A stretch of 64,000 nt of DNA from Paramecium tetraurelia (GCA_000165425.1 CT868074.1:434001-498000); one strand, 5' to 3'. Numbered from the stretch's first letter, positions 14,380 to 26,976 are shown. Translations and numbers: made by a program. Notes: generated by a model from the letters alone, not told the origin.

Positions 14380-15876
14380 ATGTAAGTATAGAGATAAGAA
14401 CATAGCAAGTTGGCAATAATAGGTAATGTTGATTCAGGCAAATCAACGTTGGTTGGAGTGCTAACAAAGGGAATTTTAGATGATGGAAGAGGAGGAGCAA
14501 GAGAGGTTTAAATTTTAATTTATGCAGCGAGTTTTCAATTACAAGCATGAAAAAGAGAATGGAAGGACATCATCAGTAGCATAAGAAATAATGGGATTCG
14601 ATGAGAATTTAAAGCAAGTGCTTCCTGAAAGATTCAATTAAAATAAAAATAAATATTGGAGTCTCGTAGTTGAAAAGAGTAGGAAGATAGTTACATTTTT
14701 GGATCTCTGTGGTCATGAAAAATATCTAAAAACTACAATATTCGGTTTGGTAGCTATGATACCAGATTATTCTCTGATTATAGTTGGAGCCAATATGGGA
14801 GTATCAAAAATGACAAGAGAGCATTTGGGAGTGAGTTTATTTTTGAAAATCCCATTTGCAATAGTTTTAACAAAAATTGATATAGCTCCTTAAAATGTCT
14901 ACAATGAGACTATCGAAAATATAAAAGGCTTGATTAGAAGTCCAGCAATTAAGAGAACAGCCGTAGTATTCGATGAAAAAACTGGATTGGATGAAATCGA
15001 TAAATGGGCAGCACTTATGCATGGGAATAATGTTGTTCCAATGTTTCAAGTCTCCAGTGTGACTGGAATTGGATTGCAATAATTGGCTCGTTTCATAAGC
15101 AGAGTACCAAATAGAGATGAAATAAACAAAGCCTATTAAACAGTAAATGATCCATTCCAATTTGACATACAAGAGAATTTTAATGTTCCAGGAGTTGGTG
15201 TTGTTGTAAGTGGAATAGTAAGAAGTGGAAAAGCAGGATTGAATTAACATGCTCTATTGGGACCAGATAAAGGAAAAAGTAAATATTTCATTTATTGTAA
15301 TTCATAGCATTCAAACCAGTAACCATCAAATCTATACACATAAATAGAGTACCAGTTGAATCAGCATAGGTAGGAGAATTCGCCTGTTTTGCTCTTAAGC
15401 CATCTAAGGCTGGAGATAAATTGGACAGAGCTGATTTCAGAAAGGGAATGATTTTAATTGATCCAGCTGTGAAACCTGAACCTGTTCTAGAATTCGAAGT
15501 ATATAATTGTAATTAACTTAGGCTAACATTCATGTACTCCACCATCCAACTACAATGAGTCATGGATATTAAGCAGTTATGCATTGTGGTGTTATTAGAT
15601 AAGCTGTAGAAATGAAGAAAATATTCTAACATGAAGTATTAAGAACTGGAGATGTAGACACAGTGAGGTAAGACATTTCAATAATTAAAAAGATTACGAT
15701 TTCTTTATGCTGCCGAGTATCTTAAAACTGAATAGATCCTTGTGATTAGAGAAGGCAGAACTAAAATATTTGGATATATATCTAAACTTATTACAGATAA
15801 ACAATTAGAGGATGAAAAGAAAGTTCAAGGAATTCCCTAATAATAATAATAATAATAATAAATATAATAAGTTTGA
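14380..15876 (+). CDS. Translational GTPase of the GTPBP1/GTPBP2 family
   Basis: [47 protein letters not shown] motifs; four tiny introns; C-terminal polyQ from a TAA run. Confidence 0.92.
15838..15861 (+). repeat. (TAA)8 microsatellite encoding polyglutamine
   Basis: In frame at the end of the GTPBP gene, before the true TGA at 15874. Confidence 0.8.
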
Positions 15877-15890
15877 TTATTTTATAATTT

Positions 15891-16994
15891 ATGATTAAAA
15901 TCATTACTCCTTAAGATAGAAGATATTTTGCATAACCAAAACAAGATTAAGTAGTTATGAGGTGTGATCCCTTAGCTATTGTACTCTTTAAGGAATTTAG
16001 AGCGAATCATTGTAATTATTGTTTATAGGGATCATAAACAAATCGTTGTTCAATTTGCAAATAATATTATTATTGTTCTGTTTCTTGTCAAAAGAATGAT
16101 TGGAAATAACATAAAAATGAATGTCAATTATTGAGTAAAATTACTAAGGAAATGCCATGTAATATTTTAATACTCATCAGATTATTTCAGAATAATATCG
16201 ACATCTAGAATTTTTATGGGGATGTGGACAAAGACATTGATTAAGAAACCTATTAACAAGTTTTTGATTGTGCTGCTTATATTGTGAAGATAGCTTAATT
16301 AGAAAATGAAACTTTTGCGAAATTGTTGTCAATACAAGTAAAAATTCATCTAAATACATTTACTGTAACTGACATCAATGGTGACACCTTAGGAATTGCA
16401 ATATATACTCCTGCTAATTTTTTAAATCATAAATGCATCAAAACATCAGCTAATTAAAAAAATGTGGCTAATTGCTCTCATTTTTTTAATCAAAGATAAT
16501 TAATAATAACAACTAATAATTCTTTTGTTTAAAATGAAAATGATCCATAGGAGCTCTGTATTAGTTATGGAAATATTGTTAATTTTAAAGATAGATAAAA
16601 GTTTTTAAAAGCATAATATGGATTTATTTGTGATTGTGATAGGTGTATATAAGAATAAACAAATAGTGAAGAAGAATCGGATTTATTGAATATTAAATAA
16701 TAGGAATATCTAACCCTATTGAATTAATAAAAATTCAAAAAAGCATTCACTTTACTAGAGGAGATTATCGCTCTGATGCCTAAGTATTATGATAATGATA
16801 GACATCCCTATTTAGGATGGAAAATGAATGAAGCATCAAAATTGGGATTTCACTTGAACTATCTTCTAAAAGCTGAAAATTACAGTATTCAGGCTATTAA
16901 ATTATTGGAACCCTTTTATAGTGAAAATGAATAATATAAAGAATTATTGGGTAGATTGAAAGATATCAAGGCTGAAATCAAGATGTAGAAATGA
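15891..16994 (+). CDS. SET-MYND (SMYD-like) lysine methyltransferase
   Basis: MYND finger CNYC..CSICKQYYYCSVSCQKNDWKQHKNEC; SET motifs GIAIY..FLNHKC and ELCISY; post-SET FICDCDRC; apparently intronless. Confidence 0.88.
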
Positions 16995-17099
16995 TGACAT
17001 AATATATTTTATGTATATAGTTATTGTTCTTAACTTTTATGTCTAATTTTATATATAAAAAGTAAAGCTATATTTTATTAATAATAAATTCTTGAATAA

Positions 17100-18407
17100 A
17101 TGAGAGAAATAATACATATAGGTTTGGGAAATTGTGGAGTTAGAATAGGATGCAAATTTTACGAATAGCTCATCCAAGACTATCAAATAGAGAATAATAG
17201 GACATGTGAAAAACCAGCTGAAGGAATTGAAGTACACTTTAGTGAAATTGGGGACAAAAAGTTTGTTCCTAGATCAATCTTATGTTCAAGAGATGTCGAG
17301 CAAATACTGGCTAATCCATAATCACTAATTTTTAATCCTAATAACTATTAATTGGAGTTGGATGAGAGTTTGCGTAAAGAGATGGAAATATGTGATAACT
17401 GCCAAGGAATATAGATTACTCATCATTTAAGCACAGACATCAGTATGTTATAAGATCTACTTCAACATTACGATAAAGTGATTTAGACTTTCACAATCTT
17501 TCCAAATCAGGAGTATGGACATGATATTGTTAAAAGTGCATAAAGTTTGAGGTTTCTCGAAGGATTAAATGTGGTTGCCTTTGACAATTCTGGATTGAAT
17601 GAATACTATGCAAGATAATATAAATCCACTTTGACCTTTAATGATTACAATGCCTTAGTGGCAACTGTTATGAATTCAGTAACATCTCCAATGAGATAGA
17701 GCAATACATACAATTTAGAGAAGATGTATTCTGTGTAATCGTAAATGAATGTGGAGGTTTGTAAGTTGGTTTAGGATAAGCAATCTCAAATCAATCTGTA
17801 ATAGATGGGAGATACGAAACTATTGATTGAGACAAATTAGAATGTGAATGAAAAGATCATTTAAGCCACTCTTTTAGCAAGAACCAATCAGTTAACTCCA
17901 AATCAATTGCATTAGTAATTGTAATCAACTGCGAAATCATTTTACAATAACATTATCAATTTAAATTACTAAATATCTCCATACAAACAGGAGATTTTGG
18001 TGTCCTTGTATAAATCCTCTCACATAAAGTTTAAATTGTAATAGTTGAAGAATAACACCTAATTATTATAAACCAGAAAGGCCTTTAATGAGGTGTATCA
18101 GTGGGATGAGAACCAAGGCAATCTTGAATATTTAAATAAATTGGTTTCATTGTGTGATCAAATAGTCAATACTCACTAAGAACAGCAATAATAGCAATAG
18201 CAATAGAGTTCAGTTTAAGCATCAAGTCCGATATCAGTGTCTGAGAACAAGATGGACAGACAACGGGATTACATTAAATCGTCAGAATAAGTTGAAGCGT
18301 CTCCAAAGAAGCAAATAACTGTATCATAGTCAATTGCTCTGGGATAACCAAATGCTATACAACAGTAGAATGTAGTGGGACAGTAAGTCATATCAAGAAA
18401 TGGATGA
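17100..18407 (+). CDS. Highly divergent tubulin-superfamily protein (435 aa)
   Basis: MREIIHIGLGNCGVRIGCKFYE, FVPRSIL, RKEMEICDNCQGIQITH, FDN, YNALVATVMNSVTSPMR and RKAF are collinear with tubulin; the GGGTGSG signature is absent. Confidence 0.85.
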
Positions 18408-18450
18408 AATTAATAAAATTTAGTTTAAATTTATATATATAATAAAGAAT

Positions 18451-19196
18451 ATGAGTCAAACAATAAGAAGAACAAAATTTCGAATTAAGGATGTAATTGA
18501 TAGCAATCTCAATAATCAAGAGCAATCCGCTTAGAAAGCTATATAGTCTACATATATCAAACAAAACGTAGATGACTTCAATTCTCTAAAATAAACTTTG
18601 GAAGATCGCAAATTAACATTTATAAAATTTGCATTTCAATAGCAGGAACTAATAGAAGATCGAAATTTGGGTCCAGTTCTCACAGGATTGTCCAGACACC
18701 AGAATATTGGGTCGATGTCAGTTAGTGAATTGATACCAAAATCTTAAATCCACACTTATCTGCTGTAGGCGTAGTAGGACAGACCGAAGAGAGTGTTGAA
18801 ACGATTTGCTCATTGGGAGTGGGACAAGGATTAAGGTCGAGATAAGAATCCAATGAGTTATTAGTTCACATAGAGAAATGAAGCTGAGATAAAATCAAGA
18901 TTAAAAAAAAAGGATGGGGAAATTAGTTTGAGGAAGAGGATCCTGTAGAAATGGTAGAAACATTTACCCAGCTTGACAGGACTGAATGAATTTGGAAAAC
19001 AATTTACAATGGATCATTCTTCATTGAAAAAGCCTTTTTCATTAAGTCCTTCTCCGAAGCAAGAGTCATATCGTCAAATTACAAATTGGTTGCAGGAATT
19101 GGAGGAGTTGAAACTCGACAATGAGAAAGTGAAGAAGTATAAAGTGATTAAATTAGAAAATTGGAAAGGACATTGCAGAGTTTACATAGAACATGA
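18451..19196 (+). CDS. Hypothetical protein
   Basis: Long open frame in code 6 from ATG 18451; a 20-nt intron (19137-19156) gives ..KKLERTLQSLHRT-TGA. Confidence 0.6.
19137..19156 (+). other. 20-nt spliceosomal intron
   Basis: GTATAAAGTGATTAAATTAG; its removal terminates the gene before the convergent TMP gene. Confidence 0.55.
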
Positions 19197-19234
19197 CTAA
19201 GTTGGTGTTTATTTTTTGAAGAATTAAATTTATA

Positions 19235-20305
19235 TCAAGCTGATGATCTCTCTTAGAGATAAACCTTAACGTTGGATAACTTGGTAGCTAAGATCTCCTC
19301 GACTTATCTGATGATGGAGATTTCTAATTATCTGTGTTCAGAGTCTTCAGCATATTGAGTTCTCCATGAATCGCATTCGGCTTCCTTTTATTCCTTTCCT
19401 GATGAGGCAGCGTTCAATTCGTCGGTGGCATCTTCCTTTCTCTTCTTTTATAAGTCCAAAGCTTATTAGTTGTCTTGGAGTTATCTTTCAGAGTCTTCTC
19501 TGGCGGCACTCAAGGATTCTCTTTATGAGGCGATTTCGACGACCAAAGCTTCGAAGTCTAATTAGGCTTAGATTTCGGTTTATCTGGCATCTTCAAGGGC
19601 TTCAGCCAATTAATTGCTGACTTCACCTAATTTTCCGAGGACGTTGTTCAATTGTTCAGCTGAGAAGGTTGAGGCAACTTACATAAGAGCAAGGATTGGG
19701 TTGGATGCACCAATCTTGTTTAATTAGGTCAAGGCAGCCAAGACTTCTTAATCTGGTTGGATTGAGCTCAACTTTTAGATGATGACTTCAACAGCCTCAA
19801 TGACGTTTTCGGTTTCATTCTCGAATCTGATGAAACTTTCAGCATCTTCAGCTCTTTATTCTCTGATTTGGGTTTCTTATTCGTTCAAGATGTCTAATTG
19901 GACTTATTTGTTTTCAACATCTTAGGTTAATTATTCAACCTTGGCACTGAGGGTTTAGATTTCTTAGGTTGATTCGGTGATTTCGTTGGAAGCGAAGTCA
20001 ATTCTTCTGTTGTATTAGTAGATTTCTGTTTCGCAATCAACTTCATCTTAAGCGTGCTTTTAGTCAGCTTCTTATTAGTTGAGGATGAGGTTTTCTCTCA
20101 ATTATTGTAACATTTTGGCAATATCTCCCAATGGGGCCTTGTTGTTGTATTAGAGAGCAATTGTGTCTAACAATTTTCTTCCTAATTCGTGTTCTTCCAT
20201 GGCTTCCAATTGTGTGAAAACTGCCTTGCTTGGATCGTTGGATCTCTTAACAAAGACAGCTTGTGTGAGTGTCAATCCCAAAAGAGCAATAAGAATCAAT
20301 TTCAT
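19235..20305 (-). CDS. Trichocyst matrix protein precursor (intact, intronless)
   Basis: Signal peptide MKLILIALLGLTLTQA, LGRKLLDTIALQ propeptide motif, two acidic heptad regions, strong C-ending codon bias; frame checked throughout. Confidence 0.88.
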
Positions 20306-20356
20306 ATTTAATTTATGTTTCACATCAAACTATTATTCCTTTTTACAATCACACTA

Positions 20357-20365
20357 TTCGTTTTT
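20357..20365. promoter_or_regulatory. Candidate shared secretory-gene element TTCGTTTTT
   Basis: 52-60 nt upstream of the TMP ATG at 20305; same 11-mer TATTCGTTTTT as upstream of the T1-like TMP gene. Confidence 0.5.
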
Positions 20366-20905
20366 ACTAAATTATTTAATTTCTTTTATTTAACATTTAA
20401 TCTCATCAGATCATAAATAACTATTTCTAACATTCTCAAACCAATTCCAATATTAGATACTAATCCAATTTCTTAATAAGTTAAACATTGTAGTTATGCA
20501 TGAAAAATAAAAAAAATATCTTCTTATTTTAAATAAAAAACCTTTTTAATTGATGAAAAGTGTTATTCTAATTAACTCCATTAAGGATTAACAGAATCAG
20601 AAACTCAATATATGAAGAGAAAAATTATTTAAATAAATCTTTTCTATGGATTATTTCCTTAAATTTAGAATAAGTTTAAGACTGTTAATATCATAATAGT
20701 CTTAAATATTTTAAAAAAAATATTACTATTTTGAATTATTGAATTCTGCTATAGTCTGGATTTATTTGAACAAAATTTTAAATGAATTAGATTATTAAAC
20801 AATGAATTTAAATTATTTATTCGATTATTAGTATACTAATACATAAATTTATGATTGGTTGCTATTATAATATATGATTATTATATATTTTTATAATATA
20901 CATTT

Positions 20906-21512
20906 TCACTTAGTCAAATCTTTCCTCTTGTTAAGTATGGCTTGTCTCATTTTGGCTACATCTTTTTCCCCAGGGTATTCTCCATCTTTCAAAGCAATGT
21001 TGGATGCTATCTTATCCCAAGAGTTTTTCTTTGGTAGCATGAATAACACAATACATATTCGCTCTTATTTTGAGACCTGAGTTCTTAAGCCTGTTGATTT
21101 GCAGTCTTTCGTGCCTCAATGTCTTTTTTCAATTCCCTTCATATACAATATACATATAGATATACGTTTAGAACTGAAGTAAATATTGTTAACCCTTCTC
21201 CTTTCTTTATTATTTTTAAATTCTTTCTTCCTAATCTTTCTCCCTTACAAGTTTGATTCTTTCTTCTTCTAACTCTCTTAATTTTTCTCTTCTCTTTTGT
21301 TATTCTGCACTCTAAATAGGAATTAGTCTGCCATTAATACCACTAAAGTAACTCCAGCATTAGGTGCAATAGGGATTTCAAATGGTTATCTGGCTTAATT
21401 AAGAATTCCAAAGTACCATACCTGCATCATTAAACATTAATGGTTGAGCTGCAATTTCAGGCTCTACATATGTCTCAATTGTGCCAGCTGGATCATCGAA
21501 AAATTCGTCCAT
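20906..21512 (-). CDS. Clathrin light chain
   Basis: Acidic N-terminus, charged helix, C-terminal WDKIASNIALKDGEYPGEKDVAKMRQAIL typical of CLC; four tiny introns. Confidence 0.75.
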
Positions 21513-21641
21513 TTTATAATTTAATAAATAATTTATTGGAAAACAAAAAAAATGTAATTGGTTTTTTGAATGATTATTCGAGTACTAAAATCTGAAAATA
21601 ATATTGGTATCCTGATTAATTTTTGCATTATATGTAAATCC

Positions 21642-22751
21642 TCATTTTCCAAGATACAATGCATCCATACAAGATTTACTGGATTCAATTCTAAATCTTT
21701 TACCCTCGAACTCTTCCTTTCCATATAGAGTGAACACAGCATCTTTGGGTAATTTGATACTTTTAATTTATCCATTGTAATCTAACTTAGCTTTATTATC
21801 ACAAATCTTGACCTCTTATCCTTGATAATCACAATCACTATATAAATAAGCACAATTTTAATCATAATATTTAACTTCTTGATTACCAATATAAAATCCA
21901 TAAAAGCTAAGTGATTTAATGGTTGATTCGTCCCCTAATTATATATATTTATAATTTACAAGTTCCAAATTCAACTTTGATTTGATTGTCATCATTCTCC
22001 TATTCTTCATTTACTTCTATTCTAATGTGATCGCTTAAGGATGTAAATCCTGAAATACCCATCAATTACACAAAATCTACAATGTCATTTGGGATTTCAT
22101 ATGAAGAGACCAATATCTTTTATGCGTCTTTAGAAGTTGAAAACCATGTGTGATCATCAGAATCTACAATGATTCCCAAATCATCAGTCTTGAAACTGTT
22201 CTCGAAGTTGGATATAAGAAGACAAAGCTTGAATTCTTTGGCACCACTTGCTGCAATTTTTACAATGTCTTTATTTAATTCGACTATTTCCTGATTGAAT
22301 TATTTCTTGTCTTAAAAGGTGGCTCCAACCAAATACGAATTAACTAGAGGAGTTGTATCACTATCATAATTGAATAGAGGCAATTAGATTTCTGATTCTT
22401 ATGACTTAACATATTCAATGTGAACTAAAGGATTATCAGTGGCCATCCAATTATATGAGATTTAATCAATATGATCTCCTTTAACTCTTATGGTGAAACC
22501 TCGTTTAATTTTAGCTTAGTACCTTATTAATTAACATTCAAAATTTCACTCATGAATGAAGAACCACTCATATCCAATAAACTAATCGAATAAGCAATCT
22601 TCGGAGTTCTTGAGAATTGTTTTTTGAATTTGATATTTATATCTACATCTTTATTAATGATATTTTGAATTGAAACTCCTGTCTCTGATTCGTATAGAAA
22701 ATGCTCAGCCTAACACAAATAAATCAAACCTAGAATGATTAACCAATTCAT
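21642..22751 (-). CDS. Secreted protein with H-type-lectin-like repeats and C-terminal beta/gamma-crystallin domain
   Basis: Signal peptide MNWLIILGLIYLCQA; IKFKKQFSRTPKIAYSISLLD..GFTIRV..ISYNWMA and FGTWDESTIKSL (H-lectin); CAYLYSDCDYQG..IKSIKLP..TLYGKEEFEG (crystallin). Introns of 23 and 25 nt; 353 aa. Confidence 0.78.
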
Positions 22752-22752
22752 T

Positions 22753-22761
22753 TCCGTTTTT
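22753..22761. promoter_or_regulatory. Candidate shared secretory-gene element TCCGTTTTT
   Basis: Immediately upstream of the lectin/crystallin gene ATG, inside a 44-bp intergenic gap. Confidence 0.45.
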
Positions 22762-22795
22762 AATAATATATATTATATAATTATACACTAGTTTA

Positions 22796-24925
22796 TCATA
22801 TCAATATTTTAGATGTCAGGTCTTTAATCACCTATCCTTTCTATAACTAATAATCCTCCATGTAATACACTACTTAATCTAAAGTAATATCAAAATGAGT
22901 TGTGAATAAAATAGTGCTATTTTATTTGAGTAGGTATTTTAAAATCGAATAAGCCAAGGAATGACCATCAATAGAACTAGTTCCTCTTCCCAATTCATCA
23001 ATCAACAATAAGCTATTTTGGGTATCAATCATTCTTCGAACCTCTTGCATTTCCACATAAAATGTACTTTCTCTTATTGTATCATATGCACCCATTCTAC
23101 AATGTATTTCATTAAATGTCTTAAACTCCATCTATTAACATGGGACATAACACCCCAACATAGCCAATATCACTAGTAGCCCAACTGATCTTAGAATTGT
23201 TGATTTTCCTGCCCCATTATATCCTGTTAAAACGATACATTTTTCAATCGTCAGATTATTAGGAACACAATTTTAGATTAAAGGGTGGCGGAAATCTCTT
23301 AAAACTAATTAGTTTTAAGTTGATAAAGTGGGGAGACACTTGTGTTAATCATTTTCTAAATATTTGGACATAGCTATTAAGACATCCAGATCGCTAATTT
23401 AATTGATTATTTCTTAAAAATACTCTTTATGTTTCAATATATTCTCAATTACTTATTAATAGAATAACTGAATAAATATTTTTAATTAATCCAAAAGTTT
23501 AATGTGTTATTATTATTTCTTTTAAAGAAATTGAGTAGTGTATTTTCTATAACCCTTTCTTTTATTTGAAAATAATAACTATTAAGGCGTCTTATATTCT
23601 TCAGGCATTTCTATTTCAAATGCTTAATATGTAATTTTAGGGTCATTCTCATAAAGTTGACTCTTTATTCTTAAGTATTCATCATTAGCCTCATCTTCCA
23701 CTTTTTCTAAGCTTTCTAATATCTAATTATACTAAGTTCTTTCTTAATTTTGTGGTACTAAAACATCAAGATTTTCACCTTCCCACACAAACTCTTATGA
23801 AATCTTCTACAAGATATTATCATTTAGTTCTTAAAGGTTTCTTAGTTGTTCACTTTGATAATTTTATTTGTTAATATAAATCTTCTGTTTTAATTACACC
23901 AGAATATATTTTACATTATTTAGGAATTATTTCAATATTGAACTATCTTTTGGGGCATTAAACACTCTAGCCATTTAATGTTGCAAAGATCCAACCCTCT
24001 TAATTTCAGCTAAAAAACTGTCTCTGAAGACTTAGTGATTTCTCATATCCTATTATGCCAATTATCTGTCCATTATCCCATCGATTGGAATTTTTCTTAA
24101 CGTCATTTACAATTTTCTTTAACCCTCTTTAGTTACTGGCTAAATCAAGGGTTTGAAGAATAACTATTTTATTGCATTATCAGATATTAAACAGAATTTT
24201 GAAAACAATGGAGAATTATCAATAAAGGTGATCTATGATATTCCATTAATAAACCTTTCTTTAAAGAATATCTCTAACTATTCGAAAGCACTATCACCTT
24301 TAGCTGCATTTTTTATAGCCAAGGTCTTTATTTTTTCATTTGTTATTATTTCAGTAATCTTTATAAAATTTAAATTCTCATCACTCGTTTTATAGGCTAC
24401 TTTGCTGATGGTATCTAGCACAATGGCTTCATTCTTATATAGTGAAACCAAATAATTAGTTTCAATATTTTATAAATTCTCTCCCAATATACCAAAACCC
24501 AATAGTCCCTTGCTATAGATTCCAGTTATAAAGCGATCTCTTAATTAGTTTTATGTCATTTGAAATAAAGATTATTCACAAAAAACTATTTTTCGATCTG
24601 TTTACATAATTAATGTATGAACATGTTCTATTACAGATGCTTCATTTAATCCTATCATATAATTTGGAATTTTCCATTATAAATCAATGTACCTTCTAAT
24701 AAAGTGAGCATCCTCTGAATAGGCCAAAAAAAAACTGCCCCTCTATAATAATACGAGATCTTATTGATAGTCCTTTTTGATTTCTTAGTATTGAGCTTCC
24801 AAAGGTGTTAGATCAGAGATAGGATTAGACTTCGATTTAGATTTCGACTTTATTAATTGTTCACAATCAAATAGAGCATTATCAGAAAGTTCAACATCAA
24901 AGCAATTTAACTTTTTAGTTTTCAT
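22796..24925 (-). CDS. Compact, divergent MutS-family protein (MSH3/6-like domain I)
   Basis: TPLEAQYQEIKKDY..RGSFFLAYSEDA (domain I); FRHPL, LTGYNGAGKST, STFYVEM, LIDELGRGTS, LFTTHF (ATPase). Confidence 0.88.
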
Positions 24926-25091
24926 AAAACCTAATTATAATTAATATAGAAAATGAATATTGTGTCTTGGATTATATTATCTAATATGAGTAACCAAAAC
25001 ATTAGTTTCTTGTTTTGCCTTATCAACCTATGATTATCAAAACTAATTCATCAAAAGTTTATAATATTTAATTTGAATAGTAATTTTGAGC

Positions 25092-25304
25092 ATGAGTTCA
25101 AAAAATTAATAATAGACTTATTCATAGATGTATTCAGAAGAGAAGGTAGTGACTCTATCTAACATGGAAGTTAAGTGGTTAAACTTATTAAAGTAAATTT
25201 CAAATGATGACTTGGATATGTTGAGGAGATAATTTGAAAAATAAAAATAATCATTAAAGGATATTGAAGAAAAAAATGAATAACAAACAATAGAAGAAAA
25301 GTGA
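25092..25304 (+). CDS. Small hypothetical protein (70 aa), 5' end uncertain
   Basis: Short open frame MSSKNQQQ..KWLNLLKQISNDDLDML..EEK-TGA with coding-like composition. Confidence 0.35.
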
Positions 25305-25787
25305 TAGAATAAAAAACCTTCTTATCTCATAGCTTTGTGATTTTAATTCATCATTTAATTTTATATATATAAACCTTGTTTTTCAGCTTCAAAGAATAAT
25401 ATAAGGGATTAAATGATTATATACTTTTTTAATTCTTTTATTACTTAAATTTTAGAAGATAAAGCCATCTTTTTTAATTTTAAGTTTTTAGTTAGTATAA
25501 GATTAAAAGTTACATATAAATTTTGAAACAAATTGAACTCTATATTATGTCATTTTATTTAGAGATGATTCATAATAATAATATCTATAATAGATTTATA
25601 ATGATTGAGTTTAACTTATTGAATTTTATGTTGTTCAGGAATAGTTGAATTTTTTGCAATAAATTAATTTCCTATCTCTCGCCATTTAAGAGAATCATAA
25701 CGATTATTTATAAAGGAATAAGAAACTATTAAAAAATGTAAATATTGAACTTAGAACTATTGTTCATAATTTATTTTTTTTAATAAA

Positions 25788-26976
25788 TCAATTTCTTTTG
25801 CTGATGAATTGAGCGGTGGTTGATAATTTCTCGCTGATGTGTTCTTAAAGTCTATCAACGATTTCATTTTAAGCAGCTCTAAAGAAGGATATTATTGATG
25901 ATACCTTTCAGCAGTTTAGGTTTTCATAGATTTCTGATTAGACTGCATACCATGCTTATTATCCAGCAAGTCTCTCTTCACTGTTTTCTAATTCCAAGGT
26001 GTGGAATTCGATCCATGATTAAGCATCTTCAATGGTATCCTTTTATTCTTAGATTTAGACTTCCAATTAAGCTTTTCTTTCAACCAATCTGGTGTGTTCA
26101 TTGCTCAAATGAACGCTGAATTCAGCCCAGTGTGCAGCTTATCTGTCTTCAACGTCCTTTATAATTGGATTAATTAAATACAGTCTTGGTAGCCTTTTCT
26201 GAGACTAATTATTATCTGATTTCGCTCAAATAATTAAGCAATCTTGGTCAAAGCCTTTTGGTTGACTCCGTGAGTGGCTAATTCGGTAAGAGCAATAACG
26301 ACTGGCTAAGATGGATAATAGAAATAAAGAATTTACTTGTAAGAGTTGGCTGTGTGATGTGTTGTCGGTGAGTCTCTTGTGAACTGTTTCATACTTTGAT
26401 TTAACTTAGACAAATGAAGCACCTAAGCTCAAATGTTGGATGAGTTTGGCAGCATCATCAATAGCTTCAATAACATCATCGATGGCAGCAACCTTGGCAA
26501 CGAAGGTTTCGTGTTATTAGTTTCTTGTGGCTTCTTCTCTAGCATAAGTTTATTCATTTGTTGCAATGTCTGAAATTGTAACTCTGATGTCTTCTTCAGA
26601 AACAGCCAAAGCTTCGATTGTGTCATCTCTCAATTAAGTGTTGGATGAGATTTGATTTTAGTGATACAAGATTTCCTTTTCCAAATCCTCGACGATCTAT
26701 TACATTGTTAAATATTCTTACTCTGTTGTTTGTGGTTGTATCAACTTCAAAAGTGTGATCATGGTCATTTTAATCTTATTATAATCCAGCAGCAACACCA
26801 TTCAATAACATATTAACTTCATTGGCTGGTGTTTAAGCTTATAAGTGTGCCTTGATTGCTGACAACACAACATTTCCAAATGGATTAGAATCAATCTAAG
26901 CCAAGCTTGCATGTGTATCTACAAACTTGGAAGCTGCAAGAGCAAGAACCAATGTCAAGATGGCTAGTTTTTGCAT
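25788..26976 (-). CDS. Trichocyst matrix protein precursor, T4-like; two apparent +1 frameshifts
   Basis: Signal peptide, NPFGNVVLSAI, DLEKEILYHQNQI, RLVERKAQLE, IVDRLQEHISEKLS; four introns; extra bases in runs at 26228-26230 and 25921-25924. Confidence 0.85.

Noticed and set aside
19197..19311. Apparent coding overlap between the hypothetical gene and the convergent TMP gene
   Set aside because: A 20-nt intron at 19137-19156 gives a stop at 19194-19196 and removes the overlap.
19366..20393. Plus-strand ORFs in the track (19366-19620, 20163-20393) and similar antisense ORFs over other TMP genes
   Set aside because: Antisense shadows of strongly codon-biased TMP coding sequence.
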